From the NCBI RefSeq assembly GCF_009914755.1, contig NC_060927.1: 64,000 nucleotides of DNA. One strand, given 5' to 3'. Position numbers and translations under genes: made by a program. This DNA comes from the human T2T-CHM13v2.0 reference genome, Homo sapiens. Positions 12,165 through 23,873 of the stretch are shown in pieces. Within the stretch, counting starts at the first letter, position 1; each line of letters starts with the position of its first letter. The notes under the pieces were generated by a model. The model searched no databases. It saw only the letters and a list, made by a program, of their open reading frames with translations, and was not told the DNA's origin.

Positions 12165-12410
12165 GGGGTCGGTGGTAAGGAGAATATGCTTTGAAATCAG
12201 ATTTTTCAGAAGTTTGAACCCTTGTTCCTCCATTTGACCTTGGCAAATTGTCTAACTGTGTGTGCTACAGTTTTGTCAACTGTAAGATGAATGTAGTAGT
12301 AGTGTATGCTCCATGGGTGTATTGTGAGGATTAAGCAAAGTAATCGATGTTAAGAGAACTTAGGATAGTCCTTGGTACAGACAATGCTCAACAAACATTG
12401 GCTGCTATTA
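12165..12410 (+). mobile_element. MIR, near full length
   Basis: tgaccttggcaaatt...ttgtgaggattaa...atgctcaacaaacattggctgctattat. Confidence 0.85.
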
Positions 12411-13038
12411 TGGGTCTTATGCACCCTGACCCCCATCCATCTTTCAAATGCAGGGTGCAGCACAGGACAGGTGGTAGGTCAGATAAATGGGTGTAACTCA
12501 GCGCAGCCTAACACCACAAGTGAAAAAGTGATAAAACAAACAAACAAAAAAAAAACAACAACAAAAAAAACACTGCTCTTGTGTCAATACTAAGGAAATT
12601 AACTTTATATTTGAAAACCTACTCGTTTGTTCAGGTATAGCAAATGGCTACAATAAACATTCAGATGGACTTTCTAATAGACTATAAGATGCCTAGAGCT
12701 GGTGGTCTGTATTTTATCACCGAAAAATGAATGGGCATTTGCACTTTTAAAAAATCTGATTAGTAGATAAGTGAGATAACATGTGAGACTGTGGACAATC
12801 AGGAAGTAGAACAAGGGCTGGATGAAAGGAGAAGTGATGGTTTGATGGATATAGAGCACAAGGAGAGTTTGGAGTGCCCCCCAGCTCCAAGGCATGCAGT
12901 TTTAAAATCATCCATCACAGGAATTGGTATGCCTAATCCTGAGATCCTGAGTGTGCAGGACAGGAATAAAGTGTGCATGGGTGCAAGGAAAGTGAAGGAC
13001 TTGTGGTCTCAATCTCCCAGGAATTCTTAATACTATAT

Positions 13039-13390
13039 CAGGGTTGCAAACCCAAATTACCACAGGAACCAGATAGGTAACATCAAGAGGCTGGCAGATG
13101 AAAGACGATAAATGGCAACTGACATTTGGACTAAACATTGGAGAGACAGTAGAGAGTAGTGACGACTGTAAAAAACTGGAGATTACATACTCCTTTTAAA
13201 AGGGGCAGCTGTTACTCAGATCCAGTGACTTGTTACCATAAGGGAAGGTAGGTAGAGTAAAGCCATGTCCTCCAACTTGTCAAGAAAAACAGTAAACACC
13301 ATCTTTTAAAAAATGTTTAATATCTCTAGTTATAAACTTTAACCAGTTAAATGTAAAACACTGTATGGGTCAGTACTATCAGCCAAAAAG
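13039..13390 (+). mobile_element. MER102 (hAT-Charlie)
   Basis: cagggttgcaaacccaaat start; aaaggggcagctgttactcagatccag internal hallmark. Confidence 0.75.
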
Positions 13391-13408
13391 AAATATAAAT
13401 ATATATAT

Positions 13409-13413
<5 letters not shown>

Positions 13414-13459
<46 letters not shown>
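13414..13459 (+). repeat. (TC)23 microsatellite preceded by a short (TA)n
   Basis: Read directly. Confidence 0.98.
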
Positions 13460-13462
<3 letters not shown>

Positions 13463-13689
13463 ATGCCTATTAGAGTATAATTTTCTGAATGTGCAGTTCA
13501 ACCACTTCATACTGGAGGTAAGTTATATATTGTTAACTAAAGTCTAAAATTTTGTCAGTCAAAAATGGATCTTAATGATATCCAGAATTTGGGAAAATGG
13601 CTGAAGATGACCCAGCAAATTCCATGAAGATGAATGACCTACGGAGACTTCATAAGCAATATGAGGCTTTTTGTCTTAAAGATTTAGAT

Positions 13690-13894
13690 CAGGAATCCTC
13701 ACATCATTGCCCTTTGGCCGAATCTAGCTGGCTGCCAAAGTTTCACTGCAAATAAGCCACACCCGTCATTGACATATTGTCTATGGCCACTTTCCCATGG
13801 CAGAGTCAGAACTGAGTAGTCGCTACAGAGATCCTGTGGCCCACAGAGCCTATTTATTATCAGACCCTTTACAGAAAAAGTTGGCCAGCTCCTG
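13690..13894. mobile_element. MER58A (hAT-Charlie MITE)
   Basis: ccctttacagaaaaagttggccagctcctg end; 8-bp TSD atttagat / atttaaat. Confidence 0.85.
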
Positions 13895-13899
13895 ATTTA

Positions 13900-14130
13900 A
13901 ATAAACATAACCCCAAACTGGTAATATAATTTGAAAAGTGCTGTAACAGAAGTATGGATGCTTGAATTCACATGCATGTGTATAAAGTGGTGGGAAAGCC
14001 TGAAGAAGGGGAAGGATCACTATTTCTGCAAGCCAGTGAGGAAGGCTATACTGGAAAGATCATTTCTGACTTAAGTCTCAAAGGGGAGGGCAGAGTTCCC
14101 CAGGTGGAAAAGGGAGAATTTTCAGGCATG
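13900..14130 (-). mobile_element. L2 fragment
   Basis: Degenerate L2 reverse-strand motifs (aagtgctgtaacagaagt..., gacttaagtctcaaagg). Confidence 0.45.
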
Positions 14131-14947
14131 ACATGTTTGGATCACAGCTAATGATTTAAGCTTATAGAAGACAGGAGATATAAGAGGGCTTAAAACTCCC
14201 AAGAATAAACCAGAGAAGCCATAAAGAACATTGCTCACCTCCTTTTCAGTTTTCAGAATTTCTAGCTTCCTATTTAGATTTTTAAAGAAAAAAAATAGCT
14301 TCTTTGATTCAACTTTAATAGTTGGAAAATGTAACACAGTTAATTGATGTATAAACAACCCAGTAAAGATGGATAATGAATATGGTGCAAAAGAAAAATA
14401 TCCCACACCAGTCTACGTTTTCACCTCTGTTGAAAACAGTGGACAGTGAGTTTTGGCTTAGCAAGGTATTAGAATCCAATGTGTAGGTGGAATGGGGATT
14501 TGCTCTTCCTAAGGGTAGTTTGCAAAGAATATTTTTTTATGTGTAATGGTATTTTGGATTTGGTATGTATTTTGATATCCAGTAACTTGTACATAGGAGG
14601 TGTTTAGTAAATACTTGCTGAATTAATAGGCTACTCAAAATAATTTATGTTTTTTAAATTTCTACACATTTATTAAGATTTATCTATTGAACAGTCAACT
14701 CCTAAAAACACTAGGAATAATAACCTTGCAGGTATTTGAAGACCATTTGGAGGTTCATTGAGCTTTTTGGAGGATTATATCCCAGAGGGGACCTGTCACG
14801 TTCTTCTACTTTCTTCCTCATTCTTCCTTGTATATCTTAGTTCAGCCCTAAGAAAAGCAGCGCTGTATTAGGGAAACCCATACCTCATTCTGATTCAATG
14901 TGACATTCTCTTATACTTCTTTGAAAGTCATTCAAAAGTTGAGTCAA

Positions 14948-16970
14948 TGTATCAGTTAGGATAATGTTAATTGTTCCAACACAGAAACCCACAACGCAAA
15001 TAAGATCAGTTTCAATGCCAGATCTCACACTACACCCCTTTCAATGATGGCATATCTTTGTGAAGCTGTTTTTCAGCAATTGTTGTGATTTGAAAAAGCA
15101 AGTATTTTGCAAAAATCAGTGTTGAGGTTGGTGGTATTTGAGAAGTTGTGCAATGCTTAACAAATGGACAAATTGTATTAGTAATGATTAAGAATAAAAT
15201 GCAAATATTTCTCTCAATTTCTGTTATTGTTTCAAGTGCTTACTAGATCATCAGGACATACTAAGTTTTTTTGAAACTAACTGCTTTTAAATTGAATCAT
15301 TAGCTATTTCTTTTGGCCTAGGGGTACTGTGGAAAGATTATTGAAACTTTACAGTGCCATGAACTGAAGTTTGGGAAGCTCTGCTCTGGGACATTCTTAT
15401 ATGCAGAATGCATGGTTAAGGCTGGCTTGTGGGTGTGTCCATGCTCAGACTTACGGCAAGGGACAGGAAAGTATGAGGGGGACAAGTTAGCTCTCTTGAA
15501 GGTCCCCATCTGGTACTCTGATATCACTTTCCTCATGTTCTAGCTCTATTAGTGAGATCTTGGTTAAATGGTCTTAAGTCACGGCAAGTAAGGCTGGAAA
15601 ATGTAATGTGGCTAGCCAACCAGGGACCAGGCATGTACAGAAGACGGAGGATGGATTTTGGTGGACATCTCAATCTCAGCTGCAGTCCACCCCTCTAACC
15701 ACACACAGAATATTCTCACATTTCCCAAGGGAAGAAACCCAAAATGCCCCAAACGGTTATAACATTCAAGATCTCTGGTGATGCTAAATCCTTTCCATCG
15801 GGTCTGGAGTTGGCACCTTGTCATCTTGACATTTATGTCATAAAAGGCAAGTTATCTACCCCACTTCGCCACAGCACATGTACACAGTGGTGACTCAGGA
15901 ATGGTATAACTTCATTAAAAACTGCTGTTCTGATGAATGGCAACAATTCAATTCTCCTGCATGAGCATTGAGGTACACTTTGACTTGGCACTTGGGGTGT
16001 CGGCAGGGAGGAGTTTCATAACTGTTTTCTGCTGTCCAGGCAAAACTCCCTTTCCAGTTATTTGCTATGGCTTCTGGCTCCATTCATTGACAGGTTTGTC
16101 TGTGCTTCTCACCTTCCATTACTTTATGTGTGGTCTACTTTGGGAAGTGTGTTTCACAGTTTCATTTCTATTGGCGTCAATTTTCAGGACTGAGCATCTG
16201 TTTAGGGGTGGAATAGTCATAGAATTTTGTAGGCTGCTCCTGTGGTTTCTTTGGCAATATGATTTCCTCAAAATCATAGTGGGCTTCTCCTCTATTTGTG
16301 CCCATTAACTTCCTTGTGCCAGTAACTACACCCAGTGTTCTTCACTAGACATATTTCACCTTTGTTTCTTTTCTACACATGTATCTCTTTCACACTGACA
16401 GTGGCTATATCAAAGCCACTTGAAATATTCCCCTGTGGGAGAAAAGCAACAGTTGTATCACCTTTTCTAATCATATAACCTAACACCTAATTGCTGGACT
16501 ATCCTCATTCCCTTATGTTTCTCCTTGCAAACTAAAAACTTCTTGTTTAAGCTCATCTCTTTCTTGTAATAGCTCATGAAAAGCAGCAGCAAGGAGCAGC
16601 TCACACCCAGTATTATTTTGCTGCCTATTTTTACCCTCTTCTAGTCATAGGCTTAGCGTTTGAAAATCTATCTTTTCAACCACGTTATCTAGAATTGCTT
16701 TTTCCTCTCCCTCATCTACTATCTCTAATGTTCTTCACGTGGCTATGGGAGAAGCTCATTTCCTGTTGTCTTCTCCAGAACTTTCTAAAAAGTCAATAGC
16801 AAGCATCTGCTCATATCTTATTGGCCAAAGTATCTCAGTCCTGAACCAGTCTGTGTCAAAGATAACTTTGGAATACTCAGATACACCCCTTAGTAAAGGG
16901 AAATTCTCCAAACTATGTTACCAGTATTATGTTGCCAGTACTCACCCGGGGAGGGAGTGGAAAGGATGTT
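14948..16970 (-). mobile_element. Old MaLR (MLT1) LTR plus internal region plus further LTR-like piece, decayed
   Basis: tgtatcagttagg LTR end at 14948; LTR to about 15685; purine tract on the minus strand, then MLT1-int-like cccaagggaagaaacccaaa; second LTR-like block about 16730-16970. Confidence 0.6.
15020..15382 (-). mobile_element. Charlie4-type hAT element nested in the MLT1 LTR
   Basis: tatttcttttggcctaggggt...tgccatgaactgaagtttgggaagctctg terminus. Confidence 0.7.
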
Positions 16971-16988
16971 AATAAGAATGTGAGTCCA

Positions 16989-17280
16989 GGCCGGGCGCGG
17001 TGGCTCACGCCTGTAATCCTAGCACTTTGGGAGGCCAAGGTGGGTGGATCACGAGGTCAGGAGTTCAAGACCATCCTGGCCAACATAGTGAAACTTTGTC
17101 TCTACTACAAATAAGAAAAATTAGCTGGGTGTCATGGCAGGCATTTGTAATTTCAGCTACTTGGGAGGCTGAGACAGGAGGATCACTTGAACCCAGGAGG
17201 TGAAAGTTGCAGAGAGCCAAGATCATGCCACTGCATTTCAGCCTGAGTGACAGACTGAGACTGTCTCAAAAAGAAAGAAA
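16989..17280 (+). mobile_element. AluS (Sc-like), full length
   Basis: ggatcacgaggtcagg, gaccatcctggccaac. Confidence 0.95.
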
Positions 17281-18187
17281 TTGTGGATACAGCCCTTTCT
17301 TTATTTCCCGAACTTTCTTAAATGGTCTTCATTTCTTATATAATGAAAAAGTACACTTACCGTGTTAATAGGTATTTGATCCTGTACTGGGAATTTTATG
17401 GAATGTACATGCAGGTCCCTCTTCACACCCTTTCTGGGCCTAATAGATCGGTAGAGTCAAAATGACTGTTACAGAATTCTTTTCCCCTTGGAAACAGCAG
17501 TATTTCAGAAATTTTTTCTAAATATTTCTTCAAACCTTTGTCTTGCTCCTTGTGAACCTGTTAAGCATATCCGCTGAAATGCAGCTTTGAGGTTTTGACC
17601 TGGAGACAAGTTGAGATTGAGGTATTTGCTTTCTTTTCCCATTTGATTTATGGTCCTTATTTGTAGCACATTGGTTTTATTTGCCTCATGTTTGTTGTCA
17701 GCCTAGCTGCAGCCGTGTTGTAGACACTATACCATTGGTCACCTATTTCTATGTTCCTTATGTATTTTTACAATAGATTGGTCTTTTCAGGCTTCTTTTT
17801 CAAAACATGTAATTCATTTGGTTAATATAGAAGAAGGCAAGTGATTTTAAGGGAAATTTTGTTACTAATGACTTATATAAAACTTAACTGTTTAGCAACT
17901 GATAAAAATTCTTGATTGAGATCATCTAGTTTACTAGTAACAAAAATCAGAAATGAAATACAACAGTTAGAAACTATTAGACCAGCTTAGATTTAAAGTG
18001 AGAGGCCTCAAAAAATATTGATTTTTTTCTAGACAAACACACTCTACCCAGACACATACTGTTGCTAAGTGAATGAACAAATGAATAAGAGATTCAGAGA
18101 AAGACGAAGTTTAATCAGGGCATCTGAAATAAGAAGGAGGTAATCAGTGGAGCAGAGAAAAGATTTTGACAGTTTAACACTTTTGTG

Positions 18188-18461
18188 TATTCATTCAACA
18201 AATAGTTATTATTTGCCTGGGAGGGTACTCCACTAAGCAGCTGGTATTTATTGGAGAGCAAATCAGAGCAGCCTCTGTTCTCATGAGGACCGTTCTAATG
18301 AGAAGACAGAGCACAAGCAAATAAAGACACACAAAATTGCAGCGTGTCTTAAGTGCTATGAAAGGAAAGTACTAGGGCGTATGAAGGAATAACCAGGGCA
18401 AAAATTGATGTTCAGTTGGGTAGGCATGAAATGTTTCTCTGAGGAGGAGGCATTTAAACAG
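18188..18461 (-). mobile_element. L2 3' fragment
   Basis: attcattcaacaaata...taagtgctatgaaagga...tctctgaggagg. Confidence 0.75.
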
Positions 18462-19439
18462 TATTGCTGGATTCAGATATTTAAAAACAAGGGGAAAGAA
18501 GACATAATAAATTGAATACTCTGACAGTGGGATTAAATCTCCATAATCAGAAGCATTTTAAGGAAAGTTCACCTCTTTTGTCTTTAAAATTGTCAATGTG
18601 GAAACTTCTCAATCAGCAACTTTTAGTAGCTCTATATGCACATAATTCAAAAACACCTAAGTATTATAGGTGTTCAATAAATACTTGTTGATTTGAATTG
18701 AACTTTGATTAATAACCCCTCTGTACAAACCAATACAGTGATATCAGCACCACTGCTCTGGAAAACATCTTGATTTGGTTTTTAAACAGCTGGCTTTTGC
18801 ATTCCATTTTTAGGTGACTTCTCCAAGCAGGAAAACCAGACTGAGGGTGGGAGAGAGGGCAGTGGCCTTCACAGTGAGGTTCCCCTGAACTCAAGTAAGA
18901 AATTAGCTCTGTATAAATGGTTCCATTCTCAATAGATTCACTGCCAGTTGAAAATGTAGTTGAGTACATAGATTTTTATTAAAATTTTTTGCTGCTCTAG
19001 TGTGTGTGATATATTGAAGTGCTGGCTCCTTTGCCTTTTTTTCATTAAAAACATCATAAAACATTTAGGGGTCTGTGCAGAAATTGCTGTGACCTCCATT
19101 TATAATTAAAGTAATGTTTCCTTTAAAATATTACTGGAGAGCAGTATTTCTGACCACAAAACCCTGAAGCCTGGTAACCAGATTTGTGCAGATTTCCATT
19201 CTCTTGTGTGCAATTACTAAAATAATGGGAAAGAAAGACCACTGGAAAGGGAAAGAAATCTAGTCAGGTGATTTGAAGCAAGCTTACAGAAACTGCTTAG
19301 TATTTTGTTATTGTTATTTTTCCAGTGAAAACAATCTCTTTTTTTTTTTTAAAGGTCACTAATGCTAAACAAGCATGGTGCTTTTGTACCTTTCTTAAAA
19401 CGAAGGATACGCTTCCAGTCTGCTAGAATGTCTCTTTGC

Positions 19440-19576
19440 ACCTGCATTTCAAACTTTCATGTGCACATGAACAAAGCAGATTCTGATTCAATGGGTCTGG
19501 AGTGGAGACAAAAATTATCTTTCCAGCCAGGTGATGCAGTGCTGCTGGCCCCAGACAATGCTTTAAGTAGCAAAGC
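19440..19576. mobile_element. MER5 (hAT-Charlie)
   Basis: gcagattctgattcaatgggtctgg...caggtgatgc...ctttaagtagcaa. Confidence 0.75.
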
Positions 19577-19774
19577 TCTTGGCAATAACTTTCATCTCCT
19601 GAAAAGCAAACTACATCACTGATCAATGGAACACCAGCTTTGTGTTTATAGTCTGGCTAGTTTTCACCATGTCATGGACAATTTCTTTTGAATAACTTGC
19701 TAGAGTCTCTCACTTGAATTACTCAGCATGTGTTTTCTTTTATCTGAGAATTAGTCCCAAGGGCAACTAAAAGG

Positions 19775-20510
19775 CAAGGTAAAACCTTTAGTCATCCTTG
19801 ATATTCCCTCTCCTTCACACACTACATTCAATGCAACTTCCATCAAATGCAAGTTCTTCACACACTACATTCAATGCAAGTTCTATCAAAATCCACCCCA
19901 CATTCATCCTGTTCTCTCCATCTCTGCCACACCACTCCAGTCAGGTCCATCATCATCTTTCGCCTGCATCAGTAGACTCCCCTAACTTACCTCCTACCTG
20001 TACTATTGCCCTACAGGAACCAGGTGATCTTGGAAGAGTATAAATTGAACTATGTCACACTCTGCTTAAAATCCTCCAATAGCTTCTCGTTTTCATAGAA
20101 TAAAAGCCAGACCCATGACTGTGGCATACAAGAGATACCTGATCTGGCCCTGCAAACCTCCCTCACCTCTTCCCAGGACCTGTCACTACTGGGCCTTGCC
20201 CCGGCCCACCAGCCTTCTATCAACTCCTTGAACTCAGCAGGCCACGCTCCTTCCTGCCTTGGAGCTTTGCATTCGTGCTTCTCTCTGAAAAGCCTTTCCC
20301 ATGATGCTGGTGTCTTCTCATTCTGGCAGCTCCTCAAGGCCCTTTGTAAATTAGCTGTGTCCCAATTTTTCCGTATTTCATCTATCGGCTTTGTTTCCTA
20401 TTTAGCCCTTACCACTGTCTGAGAGTACCATTTTTTGCATCTGTTTACGTGTTCATTTTCTGGCTTCCCACTACCACACTAGGTTATAAGCTCCACAGGG
20501 GCTCCATGTT
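19775..20510 (+). mobile_element. L2a fragment
   Basis: atgtcacactctgcttaaaatcctccaatagcttc...agaataaaagcc...taagctccac. Confidence 0.85.
19813..19890 (+). repeat. 43-bp-period tandem duplication inside L2
   Basis: cttcacacactacattcaatgcaa at 19813 and 19856. Confidence 0.95.
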
Positions 20511-20515
20511 TAGTA

Positions 20516-20600
20516 AAGGGGAGGAGAGTGATGGGGAAAGGGGAAGAGAGTGGGAGGGAGAGAAAAGAAACGAAGGAGCGAAGGAGGGAGGGAGGAAGGC
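20516..20600 (+). repeat. GA-rich low-complexity tract
   Basis: Read directly. Confidence 0.9.
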
Positions 20601-21089
20601 AACCCAGCTACCTTTGATCAAAATGTGCCCCGTGTTTCAATTTGATACTGAGTGGTACTAGAAATTATTATTTTCCCATGGTCTAGGGAAGACAGCAATA
20701 GAAATTATATGTAGTTTAAAGGCCTAAAAATATATATACATATATTTTTACAAAGAGTAGTTCACTTCTGTGTTGAGTTTTAGTAACACCATTAAGTTTC
20801 ATTTTGAAAAACAAAAAAGCCACCATTTGGGTACATGTACATAAGGATGACCCTCCTAATGAAGTTCCTCCACTATGGCAAATGCATCTGATAGGTTTCT
20901 AAGCTGGCTGTAGGGGACGAAAAGCAAACATTTGCTAACCGGTTGCCTAAGGCTGGAGTGGTTTGTTGTCACAGGGAAGAATAAAGTACTCTGGTTCACT
21001 GGGGTATTTAATTCCTGCTTTTCTTAGGGGTTCTAACCTGCTGACCATGCATGACAAGGACAGCAGAATCACTGCAAGTAACTGGGTAC

Positions 21090-21260
21090 ATGTAGTGTGT
21101 GCAATGAATGTGCATTTTGGAATCTCCTAAGTCAAATCTTGGCTTAGTTATCTGACTCTGCAAAAGCATCTGAACCTTCCTAAACCTCCTTATTTTCAGC
21201 TGTAACATGAAAATAAGAATCTTTGTAAGGTTTTAAAATCATGTATATAAAGTACCTAGA
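21090..21260 (+). mobile_element. MIR
   Basis: Degenerate MIR core (ctgtaacatgaaaataagaat). Confidence 0.6.
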
Positions 21261-21264
21261 CTTA

Positions 21265-21410
21265 CATGAAATTATATATTTCTATATATTATAATTTCAA
21301 ATAATTATACAAAATTATATTTTATAAATTATTCATATAATTTATATATTTCTAGTATACTATATACTAGAAATATATCTAGTATATAATATATACTAAA
21401 ATATATTTAT
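21265..21410. repeat. AT-rich tract with overlapping inverted repeats
   Basis: Perfect 16-bp arms 21344-21359 / 21363-21378. Confidence 0.9.
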
Positions 21411-21629
21411 CACTTTTTTTGTACTTTTGGGGACATGGAATCCTACACAATTCCAGGAGGCAGCCTTTATTTTGCAATCCATGTAATTTGTGTAACATTT
21501 ACATTTTACCTTTGTGAGTGGGGGAGCAGCAAGTTAGGAGACATTATTTTATATGAAAAGTGATATAAATGGTCCCCGTGTAGTTATACAAGGAGGCATG
21601 CCCTGTTTAACTAGATACCTAGGACAGTC

Positions 21630-21990
21630 CTCTCAATGAAAACAACTAAATATTCTGGGAGAGTTTTAGGTTAATCACTGAAAAAAAGAATGATGAACTC
21701 GAGGAAATTTTAAGGAAGAGATATAGAAAAAAAATCAAACATTGTAATAATAAAAACTCAATGAGTGAATCAATAGAAAATTAGAATCTGTCGAAGAGAG
21801 GATTAGTTAACTGGAAGCTAGGTTGGAAAAAATAACATAATTAGCTGTGGAAGTCAAAATGATGACATGCAAAACTGAAATTAAAAAACATAGAGTAAGA
21901 AGTTCCAATGTAAGTTCTAATGAGAAACAGCCCATATCTAGAAAAAATAGTGTTTAACCCATTCTAGAAATTCAGTAAATAAGAATTTTA
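21630..21990 (+). mobile_element. Ancient L1/HAL1 ORF1-region fragment
   Basis: A-rich; aaactcaat...gaagagaggattagttaactggaag resembles old L1 ORF1 coiled-coil region. Confidence 0.55.
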
Positions 21991-23764
21991 TGTTTGGTAG
22001 ATAATTTTTCTTTTTTAAATCATTAGACTGCATGTGTTTCTTACTGTTTTATTGGTTGTAAGGAATAAATTATTGAAGCAGAAGACAAGTCTAGTGGAAA
22101 AGAATTATTTCAATTTATTCCACACTCTATCAATTTTTTGTTTGTAAATATTAGAACCCATGATTTCTCTTTCTGAATTTTCATACAAAGGTAGATTTTT
22201 ATTTTTCCACAATATATATTTTAAAGCATCAGTTACAATTACAGTATGTCTTTTTTGTGTGTGAAGAAATGGTTTCAGGTTTCCTGAGCTTCCTTTATTT
22301 AAAACAAAGTTTGGAGCATAAATGGATAAAATGAGATTATGTAGGTTCAATTTGTATTGAAATAACTTATCTCAAGACCAAGTTGAAATAGATTCAATAG
22401 CCTCATTTAAACTTACATTTAAACTTACTTTCACTTTAACCCTTCAATATGTCTAAATTATAGTCATAGACTACAAAATATTTTATCTTCAATAAGCATA
22501 AAATATCAGAGTATGACTCATCTCTATCATCTGATTGGTATTTAATAAATATTTGTTGAATGAGTGAATTAATGACTACTATAAATTTCTAAAATACTAT
22601 GAATTTTAGAAAAATTCATGAAAAGTTTAAAAATGAAAGCATGTTTTTGCATATGGTTGGAATTTTCTGTTTACCTAAATGTTGTAGCCATCATTTGTCA
22701 TCATTTTGGTATTAACTATACACCTTTTGGTGCAGAGTGATGGAGGAAGAAGGTGATTAGAAATTGTTTAGGAGTGTTTTTGGCTGATTAAAAATTTATT
22801 TTTACAGGATTTCATTTCAGAAGCTCTCTTATATAGGCTTTCCTTCACTAAAACTGCTTCAATCCTCATAATCAAATCTTTGGATTTGAAAACTCAGCGT
22901 GGAGTATCTTTAGGAAGACCCTATTAAAGACCTTGTTGAAGCTTGATTACCTTAGTATGGGAAACTATAGGCAAAAATGTTCTTTTCATTTAAAATAAGA
23001 CTGTGCCATAGGACAAACAGGAACATGACCGGCCTCTTTTATGTATGCTATGTTTTGTTCATTTACAGGTAGGGGAATAAAGCAACTATTCCTTCACTAG
23101 CACCAGTCTTTACTGAGGACTTTTACACATGGTTTTCACTGTCTTGGAAGTCTTTCCCCTCTAGTGGAAGCTGCCAAAACCCTACTTGTCTTTTAGGGCT
23201 CAGCTAAAATGTCACCTAAACATACAGCGTTCCCTGAATTCTCTCAGCTGAACTTCATTAGAACATATGCTGTGTTTTCCCCTTTGTGACTAACTCTGAC
23301 AAATAGAGGCTGAAGAATTGTTCTAAGGAGCTGTGTTCCTATATAACTTTTCTAGCAAGACTGAGCATGTTGTCATTTTTTTTTAATAAAATGGTGGCCA
23401 GATTAGTAATGGACCACCTTGTATTTACTCTCTTTCCTTCCTGGCGCACTGCATTTTTTTCTCTCACTCTTGCAGCCCTGGATTACATCTCCTATTAATC
23501 CTTAGTATATTTGAAACAAGAGAGGGACCTGGGTGTGGGGGAATTTGCCTTCTGTGCTCCAATTCAACCCTGAGCATTGTGTCACTTTTTATAGTTACTG
23601 GTATGAATGTCTTGCAGGAAATTCTAAGAGGCCAAAACACTGTCTCACTCATCTTGCTATCTCCTGCAGCCTCATCCTTGCATACAGAAACTGCTTGATC
23701 TGGAAATTTTGAATTAATGAATTGTTCATCTCTGCTTCCACCTCATATAATATGTCAATGTGTC

Positions 23765-23873
23765 ATATTATCAATATTTATTATTGATAATATCAATATT
23801 TATTATTGATAATATTATCAATATTTATTTATCAATGAAATTATATATTTTATCAATGATCTTATCAATATTT
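23765..23873. repeat. Self-complementary AT-rich minisatellite (22-nt unit tatcaatatttattattgataa)
   Basis: Read directly; two full units plus degenerate copies. Confidence 0.9.

Noticed and set aside
15937-16308. 123-aa hydrophobic ORF
   Set aside because: Within MaLR internal-like sequence; T-rich composition explains the hydrophobicity
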